NCBI GenBank assembly: GCA_035491975.1
Contig: DATJJV010000046.1
Location: 1 to 62,297 of the forward strand
Length of the DNA: 62,297 bases
Direction: 5' to 3'
Source of the DNA: Candidatus Pristimantibacillus sp.
GTDB lineage: Bacteria; Patescibacteriota; Saccharimonadia; Saccharimonadales; UBA4665
Position numbers and translations under genes: made by a program. The notes under the pieces are model-generated. The model made no database searches. It saw nothing but the letters and a program-made list of their open reading frames with translations, and was not told where the DNA came from. Within the stretch, counting starts at the first letter, position 1, and the number at the start of each line of letters is the position of its first letter. This document shows positions 48,469 through 57,945 of the stretch, in pieces.

Positions 48469-48647
48469 TTGGAGGGCCCAGTGGGATTATAGCTTCTCGC
48501 CGGTTCGTCTTTGATTTTCTAATGAACGACGACTCGGGTTCGGCATATATTTGCTGAACGCAAATATCGAACCTGCCCTTTTGGCAGTCTGTCTCCCCCT
48601 CGAACCTTCCCAAAGAAAGGACCCCGTGTGAAACGGGGTCTTTTCTT
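48469..48647 (-). mobile_element. Family-B tRNA-3'-anchored mini-element at tRNA-Lys(TTT)
   Basis: 18-nt direct repeat TTGGAGGGCCCAGTGGGA (48469-48486 and 48647-48664); core colinear with 2868-2962. Confidence 0.62.
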
Positions 48648-48724
48648 TGGAGGGCCCAGTGGGACTCGAACCCACGACACGAGGCTTAAAAGGCCTCTGC
48701 TCTAACCAACTGAGCTATGGGCCC
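48648..48724 (-). tRNA. tRNA-Lys(TTT)
   Basis: GGGCCCA acceptor, GAGGC-CT-TTT-AA-GCCTC, GGTTCGAGTCC, CCA. Confidence 0.95.
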
Positions 48725-48855
48725 ATCAAGTAAATACCAACGGGCAAATAACAGATGACATTATGCCTTTTTTGGCCTCAAAAGTCAATCGTAGAACGCT
48801 CGCCCAAAATTGTAGTGCTTCGCTAAAGCGATGACTTTATTGTTATGATAACCAT

Positions 48856-49710
48856 ATGAAGAAAATTTTATCTATTCTCGCCTTAGCAATTTTATTGTTC
48901 GCCTTTTCTCCTGCGACCGTGCTTGCGGCACCGCAGGGTGCCGCCGGCAAAACCACCGAACAGGTAGGCTATGACGTAGCCTGGCCGCAATGCGGTAAGA
49001 GGTTGCCAACCGGCCAATCGTTCGCCGTCGTAGATGTGAATGGGGGGACGGCAGCTAACACCAATCCGTGCCTGTCAGCCCAGCTCACCTGGGCCAAAGC
49101 AGCAACTGGCACAACGGCTCAACCGAAGATACAACTCTACATGAACACTGCTAACCCGGGCGAAGTTATTGACCAAATTACCACTTGGCCAACAAGTAAC
49201 ACCGATGAGACAGGCCTTACCACGGCCAACCCCTACGGTACCTGCACTGGCGCAAACGACCTGGCTTGCTCATGGCAATACGGTTGGAACCGCTCCGTAG
49301 AAGCAAATCGGGATAGGTTTGCTCCCGCTGCCGCTGCCGCCGGCCTAAGCCAAGTAGCCAGCAACTACATCTGGTGGCTAGATATTGAGACCAGCAACAC
49401 CTGGCAGGTTACCGGCACGACCGATGCCTTTAACCGCAATGTCGCCGACATCGAGGGCATGACCAGTTACTATGAAGCTCAGGGAGCAACGGTTGGCTTG
49501 TACTCTACGGCTGTGCAATGGGCTCAGATCACCAACAACCAGGTCAGTCCTACCAGTGACCTTAACGGCCTCCGCAACTGGCGTCCAAGCGGCGCGACTC
49601 TGAGCAACGCCATCACAAACTGTTCTGTAACCCCGTTGACTGCGGGCGGTTTCATCGCACTTACCCAGTACGTCAAGCAGAACCTCGACTACGACCACTC
49701 TTGCATATAG
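48856..49710 (+). CDS. Secreted GH25/DUF1906-like TIM-barrel glycoside hydrolase homologue
   Basis: Signal peptide, GYDVAWPQC, WWLDIE, VGLYS, TQY...DYD. Confidence 0.7.
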   Translation: MKKILSILALAILLFAFSPATVLAAPQGAAGKTTEQVGYDVAWPQCGKRLPTGQSFAVVDVNGGTAANTNPCLSAQLTWAKAATGTTAQPKIQLYMNTANPGEVIDQITTWPTSNTDETGLTTANPYGTCTGANDLACSWQYGWNRSVEANRDRFAPAAAAAGLSQVASNYIWWLDIETSNTWQVTGTTDAFNRNVADIEGMTSYYEAQGATVGLYSTAVQWAQITNNQVSPTSDLNGLRNWRPSGATLSNAITNCSVTPLTAGGFIALTQYVKQNLDYDHSCI

Positions 49711-49747
49711 CTGAATCATCCAAGCTACATTAAGTACGAGAAGCAAC

Positions 49748-50059
49748 ATGTCTGAAACCGCACCAGAAATCGTCCTCACCAAAGCCGGCCGCCGGGCCAG
49801 GGCTACCAAAACCGTTGACTTGATGGCCTATGTCGTTGGCGTTGGCGGTAACATCGCGGTTATCCCGCAGATTATCAAAGCCTGGCAGAGCAATGCGCCT
49901 GGTCTCGCTGTGCTCACCTGGATCTTGTTCAGCGCCATCGGCTGCATTTGGCTGGCCTACGCCATTCTGCACAAACAAAAACCGCTGATAGTCGCCCAGG
50001 CTGTCTCCATCGCCTGCAATCTGGCCGTAGTGCTCGGCTGGATAATCAACAACCTCTAG
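49748..50059 (+). CDS. PQ-loop/SemiSWEET-like 3-TM transporter
   Basis: VIPQIIKAW, WLAYAIL, PLIV. Confidence 0.78.
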   Translation: MSETAPEIVLTKAGRRARATKTVDLMAYVVGVGGNIAVIPQIIKAWQSNAPGLAVLTWILFSAIGCIWLAYAILHKQKPLIVAQAVSIACNLAVVLGWIINNL

Positions 50060-50550
50060 TGCTTCTTTTTGTCGTGCTGGCGGAAGTTGCGCCGTTGCGA
50101 CCACAAGAAAAACAAGCTCACTACGGCACCGGCGCCGATGACCAGTGCTTCTGAATTCCACAGGACGCGCCATGCTGACTGACTCTCCAGGTTAAACATC
50201 AGACCTCGCGGCAACAGCGGCACTGCCAACAGCACCAACAGCATACTGGCTCCGGCCGCCGGGACAATATTGAGCATCACCCGCAGCTTGCCGTGCACGC
50301 TCAGCGCGGTCACGATTGTCGTCACAATTGCCGGCACGAACAGCAAGATCATCTCCAGCGAACTCTGGCTGAGCGGATGCGGCTTGGGGCTGAATAGGCC
50401 CATCATGGTGTTGGCCTCGTTGGCGACGTGCTCCACCAGCACCGCGCCGAGGCAAGCGCTCAGAAAAACCATCGCAGCGTTAGCCCGGACGACCACAAAC
50501 AATAGCGCGGGCAGGACCAAAGCTATGATGAGCGCAGCATTGTGAGACAT
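50056..50550 (-). CDS. Hypothetical multi-TM membrane protein
   Basis: About five hydrophobic helices, basic C-terminal tail. Confidence 0.7.
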   Translation of the reverse strand: MSHNAALIIALVLPALLFVVVRANAAMVFLSACLGAVLVEHVANEANTMMGLFSPKPHPLSQSSLEMILLFVPAIVTTIVTALSVHGKLRVMLNIVPAAGASMLLVLLAVPLLPRGLMFNLESQSAWRVLWNSEALVIGAGAVVSLFFLWSQRRNFRQHDKKKH

Positions 50551-50589
50551 CTTATCCCCATAATACCATGAGCGCTTTAGCAGTGTATT

Positions 50590-51495
50590 TTACGCGCCGA
50601 CGCGGTCTTTGCGGTGGCGCTGCTTGGCGTTCTGTTCGATATACTCGATAATTTTTTCAGCGACGTTGCGCTTGGTGAGGAGCTCCGGGGTTTTGATGCT
50701 GCCGGACGAGTTAACCTCGAGCACCAGCGGCCCGCGGTCGCTGCGCATCATATCGACAGCACAAACCGGCAAGCCCATGGCCCGCGCTGCGCGGATAGCT
50801 GTCTTTTCCTCTTCGGCAGTCAGTTTGACGATCTTACCGACACCGCCCTGGTGGGTGTTGGAACGAAAGTCATCATCCAAGCTCTGACGCTTGATGCTAG
50901 CTACCACCCGGTTGCCGACCACGAGGGCACGCACATCCACACCCGCCGATTCCTGCACATATTCCTGCACCAAAAATGTCACGCCCTCCACATAAAAGGC
51001 CTGCATTACAGCCTTGGCAGCCTTGTTAGTCTCGGCCAAGACCACGCCGTTGCCATGAGTGCCGCGGGCGACCTTAACGATCAGCGGCGCGCCGCCGGCT
51101 TTCTGAATAACATCTTCGAAGTCGGCTGTTTCGCGGGCGAACACCGTTTTAGGGATGCCCACACCAGCTTTAGCAAGCAACTGATAAGCGCGCAACTTGT
51201 CGCGCGAGCGGTTGATGGCAATCGATTTGGCGGTGGTGTAGACATCGCGCATCTCGAACTGGCGCACTACGGCACAACCGTACTTAGTGTAGCTTTGGGC
51301 GATACGCGGGATCACGGCATCGAAATCGTCCAAAATATTACCCTTGTAATACACCACCGGGTTGCCGCGCTCGATGGTCATGTAACACTTGGCATAGTTG
51401 ACCACTTTGACCTCGTGGCCGCGCTTCATGGCCTCTTCTTTGAGGCGTTTGGTGGTGTAGTTGGCACTACCCTTCGATAGAATCGCTATTTTCAT
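50590..51495 (-). CDS. rimK: RimK-family alpha-L-glutamate ligase
   Basis: MKIAILS, DAVIPRI, RSRDKLR, GTHGNGV, FRSNTHQGG, LEVNSS. Confidence 0.92.
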   Translation of the reverse strand: MKIAILSKGSANYTTKRLKEEAMKRGHEVKVVNYAKCYMTIERGNPVVYYKGNILDDFDAVIPRIAQSYTKYGCAVVRQFEMRDVYTTAKSIAINRSRDKLRAYQLLAKAGVGIPKTVFARETADFEDVIQKAGGAPLIVKVARGTHGNGVVLAETNKAAKAVMQAFYVEGVTFLVQEYVQESAGVDVRALVVGNRVVASIKRQSLDDDFRSNTHQGGVGKIVKLTAEEEKTAIRAARAMGLPVCAVDMMRSDRGPLVLEVNSSGSIKTPELLTKRNVAEKIIEYIEQNAKQRHRKDRVGA

Positions 51496-51985
51496 CGCGG
51501 CCCTCCTCTTCATCGCTAGGAATTTCAATGCCGTACTTGTCTTTAAGCGCCAGCAGGTCTACTTGAGTACAAGCCGTGTCGACCAGGAAACGATTGTTCA
51601 GCATCTTGCGGCCGAGCAGGATCGGATAGGTCTTTTTGGAACGGTCGGCCAGCGAAAAGGTCGCCAAAAACACTTTTGGCCCCAGTTTGACGCGGAATTT
51701 CACTTCGTAGCGCTCCTCGCGCTGGCCAAAGGAGTTGGAAATCCAGATCTTGTCGAATTCCGAAGTCCGGCATTCCGTGGCCAGCTCACCGCACACCGGA
51801 TGGCCGCCGAGCAGCCGGAAGCTTAAAGTCTGGCCATCGTCGCTTAGGGCGATCTGGTCAGCGTGTACGGCCGAACCATACGCTCCAGTGTCCACTTTGG
51901 CCGGAATTTCGACCACGCTAGCATCCACGAAGTTTAGTAACTCCGCGCGGCCAACTACAACTTTATGGAAATCAGTTCTTGCCAT
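51467..51985 (-). CDS. RimB-like retropepsin-fold protease (RimK-associated)
   Basis: AKVDTGAYGSAVH, SNSFGQREERY, ILLGR; directly upstream of rimK. Confidence 0.88.
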   Translation of the reverse strand: MARTDFHKVVVGRAELLNFVDASVVEIPAKVDTGAYGSAVHADQIALSDDGQTLSFRLLGGHPVCGELATECRTSEFDKIWISNSFGQREERYEVKFRVKLGPKVFLATFSLADRSKKTYPILLGRKMLNNRFLVDTACTQVDLLALKDKYGIEIPSDEEEGRDENSDSIEG

Positions 51986-52090
51986 AGTTTAAATACATAA
52001 TATCAAAATGCTTATGTGTCGTTTGAATTTGCTAAAAGAGTGTGCTAACTTTATTATAAACTTTGGTTTTTGTCAATTGATATAACACTC

Positions 52091-53338
52091 ATGGCCTCAC
52101 CTAAGATTCTTATCGTCGGGAACTGTTTTTCCACCCTGAGAAAATATCTGACCGAACACGGCTACGACCACCTCTTACTTAAAGATATCCGGCTGACCGA
52201 TTTCCCGGACAAACAGTTCAAAAACCGGGCTGTTTGCGACTTCTCCAAATTTGAAAATGTTCTGCGCACGGTGGACGAACTGGTCCGGGAACATACCTTT
52301 AACGGGGTGATGGTCACCTATGAAAACTACATCGTCACAGCAGCACGAATCGCCGAACGCCTAATGTTGCCTGGGATGCCAGTGGAATCTGCCAAGGCCT
52401 GCACTGACAAATTCCTCATGCGGCAAATGTTCGGGGATGCGCCGGAAAAAATCAGTCCGGATTTCGCCGTAGTTGAGTCGGAACAGGCAGTCCGCGACTT
52501 TGCTGCCGCCCACCGCTTTCCGCTGATCCTCAAGCCGGCGAACCTATCCAAGAGTCTGCTGGTGACTAAAAGCGGTGATCTTGACGAGCTGTTGGCTAGC
52601 TACCGGCGGACGGCAGGCAATATTCAAGCGGTGTACGCCAAATATGCTCCCGGCTCAAAGCCCAAAATCCTGATCGAGGAATTTATGGAGGGGCCGGTAC
52701 ACTCGGTTGATGCCTTTATCGACTCGAGCGGCGAGCCGCACGTCCTGGATGCCGTTGTCGACTACCAAACCGGCTATGAGATCGGCTATGACGATAACTT
52801 CCACTACAGCCGCATACTTCCGTCGAAGTTGCCGGCGAGAGAAATTGCTGCCATCTGCCGCACAGCCGCTCAGGGCTGCAAAGCGCTCGGCATGAAGAAC
52901 AGTCCGGCGCACATCGAGATCATCCGCACGGCCGACGGACCGCGCATCGTAGAAATTGGTGCCCGCAACGGCGGCTACCGCGAACGTATGCACCTGCTGG
53001 CTAACGGCATCGACATTACCGGCAATGCCATCAACCTGGCTTTAGATCGCCCGCTTAATCTTCAAGCCGACCGCAACGAATCGGTCGCCGTACTGGAGCT
53101 TTTCCCCAAAACACCGGGCACCTTCAAAGGCATAGCCAATGAGAAGAAGCTCAAACAACTAACGTCTCTGAACTATTTCGCCGTGAAGGCCGATCCCGGC
53201 AGCTTTATCGGCAAATCGTCAGACGGCTACAAAATGGCCGCCTGCATCATTCTGCATAATGCCGACCCCGAACAATTCGCCAAAGATTTGGACTTTGTGA
53301 ACAAACAGGTCTATGTCGAGACCGAACCCGTAAACTAG
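52091..53338 (+). CDS. ATP-grasp ligase (L-amino-acid-ligase-like)
   Basis: DKFLMR, FPLILKP, LIEEFMEG, HIEI, VEIGARNGG. Confidence 0.85.
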   Translation: MASPKILIVGNCFSTLRKYLTEHGYDHLLLKDIRLTDFPDKQFKNRAVCDFSKFENVLRTVDELVREHTFNGVMVTYENYIVTAARIAERLMLPGMPVESAKACTDKFLMRQMFGDAPEKISPDFAVVESEQAVRDFAAAHRFPLILKPANLSKSLLVTKSGDLDELLASYRRTAGNIQAVYAKYAPGSKPKILIEEFMEGPVHSVDAFIDSSGEPHVLDAVVDYQTGYEIGYDDNFHYSRILPSKLPAREIAAICRTAAQGCKALGMKNSPAHIEIIRTADGPRIVEIGARNGGYRERMHLLANGIDITGNAINLALDRPLNLQADRNESVAVLELFPKTPGTFKGIANEKKLKQLTSLNYFAVKADPGSFIGKSSDGYKMAACIILHNADPEQFAKDLDFVNKQVYVETEPVN

Positions 53339-54445
53339 CTATTTCCAAAAGCCGTGGCGCTTGGATTCGCCTTGCTTGAAGGCTTCGAGCAGCTCTTGCT
53401 GCTGTTTCGTCAGCTTGGTCGGCGTATCAACAATAATGGTCACAATGTGGGCGCCGCGAGTCGTCTTTTGCATGTGCGGCACGCCATGACTGGAAAGTTT
53501 GAAGTCGGTGCCGCTCTGGGTACCGGCCGGTACTTTCATGCGAACTTTGCCGTCGACGGTTTCCACATCGATCTCTGTGCCTAAAGCAGCGTCGACCATT
53601 GCGACGTGCTCCTCGCTTAAGATGAGGTCGCCTTCGCGGGTAAACTTCTTGTGAGCCTTTACCCGGACGTTAACGTACAAGTCGCCTTTGGAGCCGTTGG
53701 CGACAGCCTCGCCGTGCTCGCGCAAACGAATTACTGCGCCATCGTCGATGCCAGCCGGAATCTTCAGCCGGATCTTCTGGTCTTTACGCTGCGTGCCCTT
53801 GCCGTGACACACGGTGCAGGCTTTTTCTGGAATCTTGCCCGTGCCCTTACAGGTAGGACAAATAGTGGCCTGCTGAATGTTGCCAAAGATGGTGCGCATG
53901 ACATTGACCACCTGGCCGGCACCTTTACAGGTCTCGCAAGTCTTTAATTCGTAACCCGGCTCGACGGTTTTGCCCTTACAGTGCTCGCAGATGTCTTCCA
54001 GGCTGAGTTTGAGCTCTTCCTCGGTCCCAAATACGGCTTCTTCAAAGGAGATCTCTACGCGGACTTCCATGTCGCGGCCGCGTTGCGGACCGCGGGAGCG
54101 GGCACCGCCACGGGCGCCGCCGCCAAAGAAATTCTCAAAAATATCACCAAGGCCTAAATCACCAAAGTCGAAATTGACGTTCTGGCCGTTAAAACCGCCG
54201 CCAAACGGGTTGCCGCCATCGGCCGCCCCGCCCACGCCGGCATGCCCGAACTGGTCGTAGCGCTGGCGTTTGGATGGGTCTTTCAAGACCTCGTAGGCTT
54301 CGTTGATCTCTTTAAACTTTTCTTCGCTCCCGCCCTCTTTGTCCGGGTGGTGCTGCACGGCTAACCGGCGAAACGCCTTTTTTATCTCGTCGGCGCTCGC
54401 ATCTTTCCCCACTCCCAAAATTTCATAGTAATCTCTCTTAGTCAT
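53339..54445 (-). CDS. dnaJ: Chaperone DnaJ
   Basis: HPD J-domain, G/F region, four CxxCxGxG-type repeats. Confidence 0.98.
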   Translation of the reverse strand: MTKRDYYEILGVGKDASADEIKKAFRRLAVQHHPDKEGGSEEKFKEINEAYEVLKDPSKRQRYDQFGHAGVGGAADGGNPFGGGFNGQNVNFDFGDLGLGDIFENFFGGGARGGARSRGPQRGRDMEVRVEISFEEAVFGTEEELKLSLEDICEHCKGKTVEPGYELKTCETCKGAGQVVNVMRTIFGNIQQATICPTCKGTGKIPEKACTVCHGKGTQRKDQKIRLKIPAGIDDGAVIRLREHGEAVANGSKGDLYVNVRVKAHKKFTREGDLILSEEHVAMVDAALGTEIDVETVDGKVRMKVPAGTQSGTDFKLSSHGVPHMQKTTRGAHIVTIIVDTPTKLTKQQQELLEAFKQGESKRHGFWK

Positions 54446-54457
54446 CGATAAATTAGT

Positions 54458-55246
54458 TTACGGCCTTCCGCGCTGGCCTTCCCTGCCTTCGTTATATCCT
54501 TGATCGACAATCGGCGTTAACTTCTCGAGCAGTGTCAACGCAACTTGTCGGACCCTTTCAGGCTGATTTGGGTCATTCGCCCTGGTTAAAGCGTCCCATA
54601 CCGCCAAACGCCGCAGGAAGTGAACCGTCCGAATCATTTGGTCTATCGGCAGCTCAGAGATTCTTACCGACTCCGTCCCGCGCAGAACGTGCACGGTCAC
54701 CGGGTCGTTGCTCTCCCACACGATCTCAATCGGATCAACCAACTCCCGCTGGTATTGCATGAACAGGCGCTGACGCATCTCTGCGGTCAACCGTTCATCC
54801 TCGAGTTCTGGCTCTGCCGGTTCGGGCTGGATCTTAAGCACTGCGTATCGGCCAGCGTCAGGGTCTTCTCCTTCACCATAGCTCGCTGCAATAACGCTCG
54901 GCAAGTGATTCAGGAGTACATACCGGGGATCCCCAGGACGGTGTTCAATAGCCGCTCTCTCCTCGGCAGCCTTAGCGGCGCGTTCCTTATCGGCATAGAG
55001 GCGCTCCTGGCTGTAATCCGGCGTGCTATCAAAGTGGGGGAACGCAGCGTGCTCCATTGCCGCCAGCGCATGCGCTGAACTCACGGCATGACGTTCATAC
55101 TCACGGTCGGTGTTCGGATGGAGAGAATAAACATCCAGTGCCCTGGCTACTTCCAGAGCATCGGTGCGCAGCATCTCGTTCGTCAGGCCTCTCGGCAATG
55201 ACGGGCCTTCAGGACGGCCTGCTGCTCCAGGGTATGGTTCGCTCAT
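54458..55246 (-). CDS. Hypothetical protein
   Basis: 262-aa ORF with AGGAG SD between dnaK and dnaJ. Confidence 0.6.
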   Translation of the reverse strand: MSEPYPGAAGRPEGPSLPRGLTNEMLRTDALEVARALDVYSLHPNTDREYERHAVSSAHALAAMEHAAFPHFDSTPDYSQERLYADKERAAKAAEERAAIEHRPGDPRYVLLNHLPSVIAASYGEGEDPDAGRYAVLKIQPEPAEPELEDERLTAEMRQRLFMQYQRELVDPIEIVWESNDPVTVHVLRGTESVRISELPIDQMIRTVHFLRRLAVWDALTRANDPNQPERVRQVALTLLEKLTPIVDQGYNEGREGQRGRP

Positions 55247-55258
55247 CTGTAGACTCCT

Positions 55259-55627
55259 CTATTGGTTGCTAATCACCACCGACGGCGTGGTGAGCATGCT
55301 GTTTAGTAGTGCGGTCGCGCGGGCGTCGTCGCCGGCCTTCTGCCCGGTGGTTAATACAAAAACTTCATGGGTCTGATCGGCTTCCCACCGGACGATCATT
55401 TCCAATATTCCTTGCCGGCCTTGGTCGTGCTGCAACCAGACGACGCACTTAGGGTTAGCGTAGGCGAAGTGCAAAAACTCTTTGCCGGATTTGGGGTCGA
55501 CGTGTATCGTGCGGCCGTTCTCGTTCCAAATCTTCTGGGCGAGCTTAAATGCATCGTCGCTGGTCACAGCGTGCACTTGCACGGTGAGCTCATCGCTGTC
55601 TGGTTCCTTTTTACCCATGCCGAACAT
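55259..55627 (-). CDS. Hypothetical protein
   Basis: 122-aa ORF between dnaK and dnaJ. Confidence 0.55.
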   Translation of the reverse strand: MFGMGKKEPDSDELTVQVHAVTSDDAFKLAQKIWNENGRTIHVDPKSGKEFLHFAYANPKCVVWLQHDQGRQGILEMIVRWEADQTHEVFVLTTGQKAGDDARATALLNSMLTTPSVVISNQ

Positions 55628-55675
55628 ACAGTTATTGTCGCCTGCCTACTAGTGTTAGTCAATAAATGGACGAAC

Positions 55676-57580
55676 TTACTTCTCGTCGACGACTTCGCCC
55701 TCGACGGGGCCGTCCTTGTCGTCTTTCTTGGATTCGGACTTTTCGGCGTCGTCAGCAGAGGCCTCTTCCTTCGAAGCGGCTTCGTACATCTTGGCGCCAA
55801 TCGGCATCAATTTGTCGCTTAGGGCTTTGGCGGCTTCTTCAAGCTTTTCTTTATCGCCATCATCAACAACCTTTTTAGCATCTTTGATAGCCTCCTCTAA
55901 TGTCTTAATGTCATCTTCGCTGAGCTTATCCTTGTGATCGCTCTTCAATTTTTCAGCTTGGTAAATGGCGTTCTCGAGGATATTGCGGGCTTCGACGGCT
56001 TCGCGCTTCTTCTTGTCTTCTTCGGCGTGAGCCTCGGCCTCTTTGGCCATCTTCTCCACGTCGGCCTTGTCGAGGTTGCCGGAGCCGGAGATCGTAATGC
56101 TCTGCTCTTTGCCGGTGCCCTTGTCTTTGGCCGTCACATTCAGAATACCATTGGCGTCGATGTTGAAGGTAACTTCAATCTGAGGAATGCCGCGCGGGGC
56201 GGGCGGGATGCCGTCCAGAATGAAGCGGCCGAGGGACTTGTTGTCACCGGCCATGCCGCGCTCGCCTTGGAGCACATGGACCTCTACTTGCGGCTGATTG
56301 TCAGCTGCGGTCGAGAAAACCTCGCTCTTGGACGTTGGGATAGTGGTGTTGCGCTCGATCAGCTTGGTCATGACGCCGCCCATGGTCTCGATACCGAGAC
56401 TCAGAGGGGTAACGTCCAGCAGCAGCACGTCCTTAACGTCGCCCTGCAGCACGCCGCCCTGGATGGCAGCGCCAACGGCGACTACCTCGTCCGGGTTCAC
56501 GCCCTTCATCGGGTCTTTACCGAAGATGGCCTTCACCTTCTCCTGTACAGCCGGCATGCGGGTCATACCGCCCACCAAAACCACGGCGTCGATGTCGCTG
56601 GCTTTGAGGTCGGCGTCCTTGAGGGCTTTCTCGCAAGGGTCGGCGGTCTTATTGATAAGATCTTCGACCAGGCTCTCAAGTTTGGCGCGGGTCAGTTTGT
56701 GCTCGAAGTGCTTGGGGCCGTCGGCATCGGCGGTCAGGAACGGCAGGTTGATGTCAACTTCTTGAGCAGTGGACAACTCAATCTTGGCCTTCTCGGCTTC
56801 GTCGCGCAGACGCTGCATGGCGGCCTTGTCGCCGGAGATGTCCATGCCGTGCTCTTTTTTGAATTCGTCGACAAAATAGTTAACGAGGACGCGGTCGAAG
56901 TCGGCGCCGCCGAGGTGGGTGTCGCCGTTGGTGGCCTTCACCTCAAATACGCCGTCGCCCAACTCCAGAATGGAAACGTCGAAAGTACCGCCGCCGAGGT
57001 CGTAGACGGCAATCTTCTCATCCTTTTTGCTGTCTTTGTCCAAGCCATAGGCCAAGGCTGCGGCGGTTGGCTCGTTGATGATGCGCTTTACTTCCAGACC
57101 AGCAATTTTACCGGCGTCTTTGGTCGCTTGGCGCTGCGAGTCATCGAAGTAGGCCGGAACAGTAATGACCGCTTCAGTGACCGGTTGTCCGAGGAAGCTT
57201 TCGGCGTCGGCCTTAAGCTTGCCGAGGATCATGGCACTCACTTCTTCCGGGCTGTACTCTTTGTCGCCCATCTTGACCTTGACGCCTTGGCCGCTCTTAA
57301 CGATTTCGTAGCCCATCAGCTTGAGGTCGCGCTGGACTTCTTTGTCTTCCCAGCGGCGGCCGATCAGGCGCTTGACTTCGTAAATTGTGTTCTTAGAGTT
57401 GGTAACCTGCTGGCGGCGGGCAATTTTGCCAACCAGACGGTCGCCTTTCTTACCTTCAGCCACAACGCTTGGAGTGGTGCGGTCGCCCTCGCTGTTGGCG
57501 ATAATTTCCGGCTTGCCGGACTGCATCACAGCCATCGCCGAGTTAGTGGTACCTAAGTCGATTCCAATGATTTTTCCCAT
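55676..57580 (-). CDS. dnaK: Chaperone DnaK
   Basis: [30 protein letters not shown]. Confidence 0.99.
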   Translation of the reverse strand: MGKIIGIDLGTTNSAMAVMQSGKPEIIANSEGDRTTPSVVAEGKKGDRLVGKIARRQQVTNSKNTIYEVKRLIGRRWEDKEVQRDLKLMGYEIVKSGQGVKVKMGDKEYSPEEVSAMILGKLKADAESFLGQPVTEAVITVPAYFDDSQRQATKDAGKIAGLEVKRIINEPTAAALAYGLDKDSKKDEKIAVYDLGGGTFDVSILELGDGVFEVKATNGDTHLGGADFDRVLVNYFVDEFKKEHGMDISGDKAAMQRLRDEAEKAKIELSTAQEVDINLPFLTADADGPKHFEHKLTRAKLESLVEDLINKTADPCEKALKDADLKASDIDAVVLVGGMTRMPAVQEKVKAIFGKDPMKGVNPDEVVAVGAAIQGGVLQGDVKDVLLLDVTPLSLGIETMGGVMTKLIERNTTIPTSKSEVFSTAADNQPQVEVHVLQGERGMAGDNKSLGRFILDGIPPAPRGIPQIEVTFNIDANGILNVTAKDKGTGKEQSITISGSGNLDKADVEKMAKEAEAHAEEDKKKREAVEARNILENAIYQAEKLKSDHKDKLSEDDIKTLEEAIKDAKKVVDDGDKEKLEEAAKALSDKLMPIGAKMYEAASKEEASADDAEKSESKKDDKDGPVEGEVVDEK

Positions 57581-57581
57581 G

Positions 57582-57839
57582 TTATGCCTCTCCCTCTCTT
57601 TGCTTTAATCCTTGTAAATAGATGACAGCCGCGCGCGCTGAGTCAACAACGTTGAAAGCACGCTCCGATCCGTAGCCATGTTCTACCAAATCGAGGACGA
57701 CGGCTCCAGGGTTGTCCATGCAGGACTCAGGCCCCCAGGCAAAAGCGCCGAACGCGCGGTCATAGCCGCCGACGACATAAGGCTTGCCGTAGGTGCTGTC
57801 GTCATAATTTGTTGGTTGGTACAGAGCAAATTCTGCCAT
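57582..57839 (-). CDS. Hypothetical protein (85 aa) between CIRCE and dnaK
   Basis: GAAAGG SD; stop 1 nt before the dnaK ATG, and its 3' end contains the dnaK SD. Confidence 0.55.
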   Translation of the reverse strand: MAEFALYQPTNYDDSTYGKPYVVGGYDRAFGAFAWGPESCMDNPGAVVLDLVEHGYGSERAFNVVDSARAAVIYLQGLKQREGEA

Positions 57840-57864
57840 TATTGCGTGCCTTTCTGGGCTATTG

Positions 57865-57891
57865 TTGGCAGACTATTACATAGAGTGCCAA
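57865..57891. promoter_or_regulatory. Degenerate CIRCE operator
   Basis: TTGGCAGAC-N9-GAGTGCCAA. Confidence 0.7.
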
Positions 57892-57912
57892 TACCACTCT
57901 ATCATAGAAAAA

Positions 57913-57939
57913 TTAGCACTCACGTGTCAAGAGTGCTAA
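57913..57939. promoter_or_regulatory. Perfect CIRCE operator (HrcA site)
   Basis: TTAGCACTC-ACGTGTCAA-GAGTGCTAA upstream of dnaK. Confidence 0.97.
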
Positions 57940-57945
57940 CTAAGC

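Noticed and set aside
2235-48724. tRNA-end direct repeats interpreted as prophage/genomic-island attL/attR or as a CRISPR array
   Set aside because: The repeats enclose under 200 bp, no integrase, phage or cas genes are present, and there is no regular repeat-spacer series.
55934-57556. 540-aa ORF antisense to dnaK (likewise 50614-51480 and 28661-29497)
   Set aside because: Typical antisense shadow frames of conserved genes with biased codon usage.
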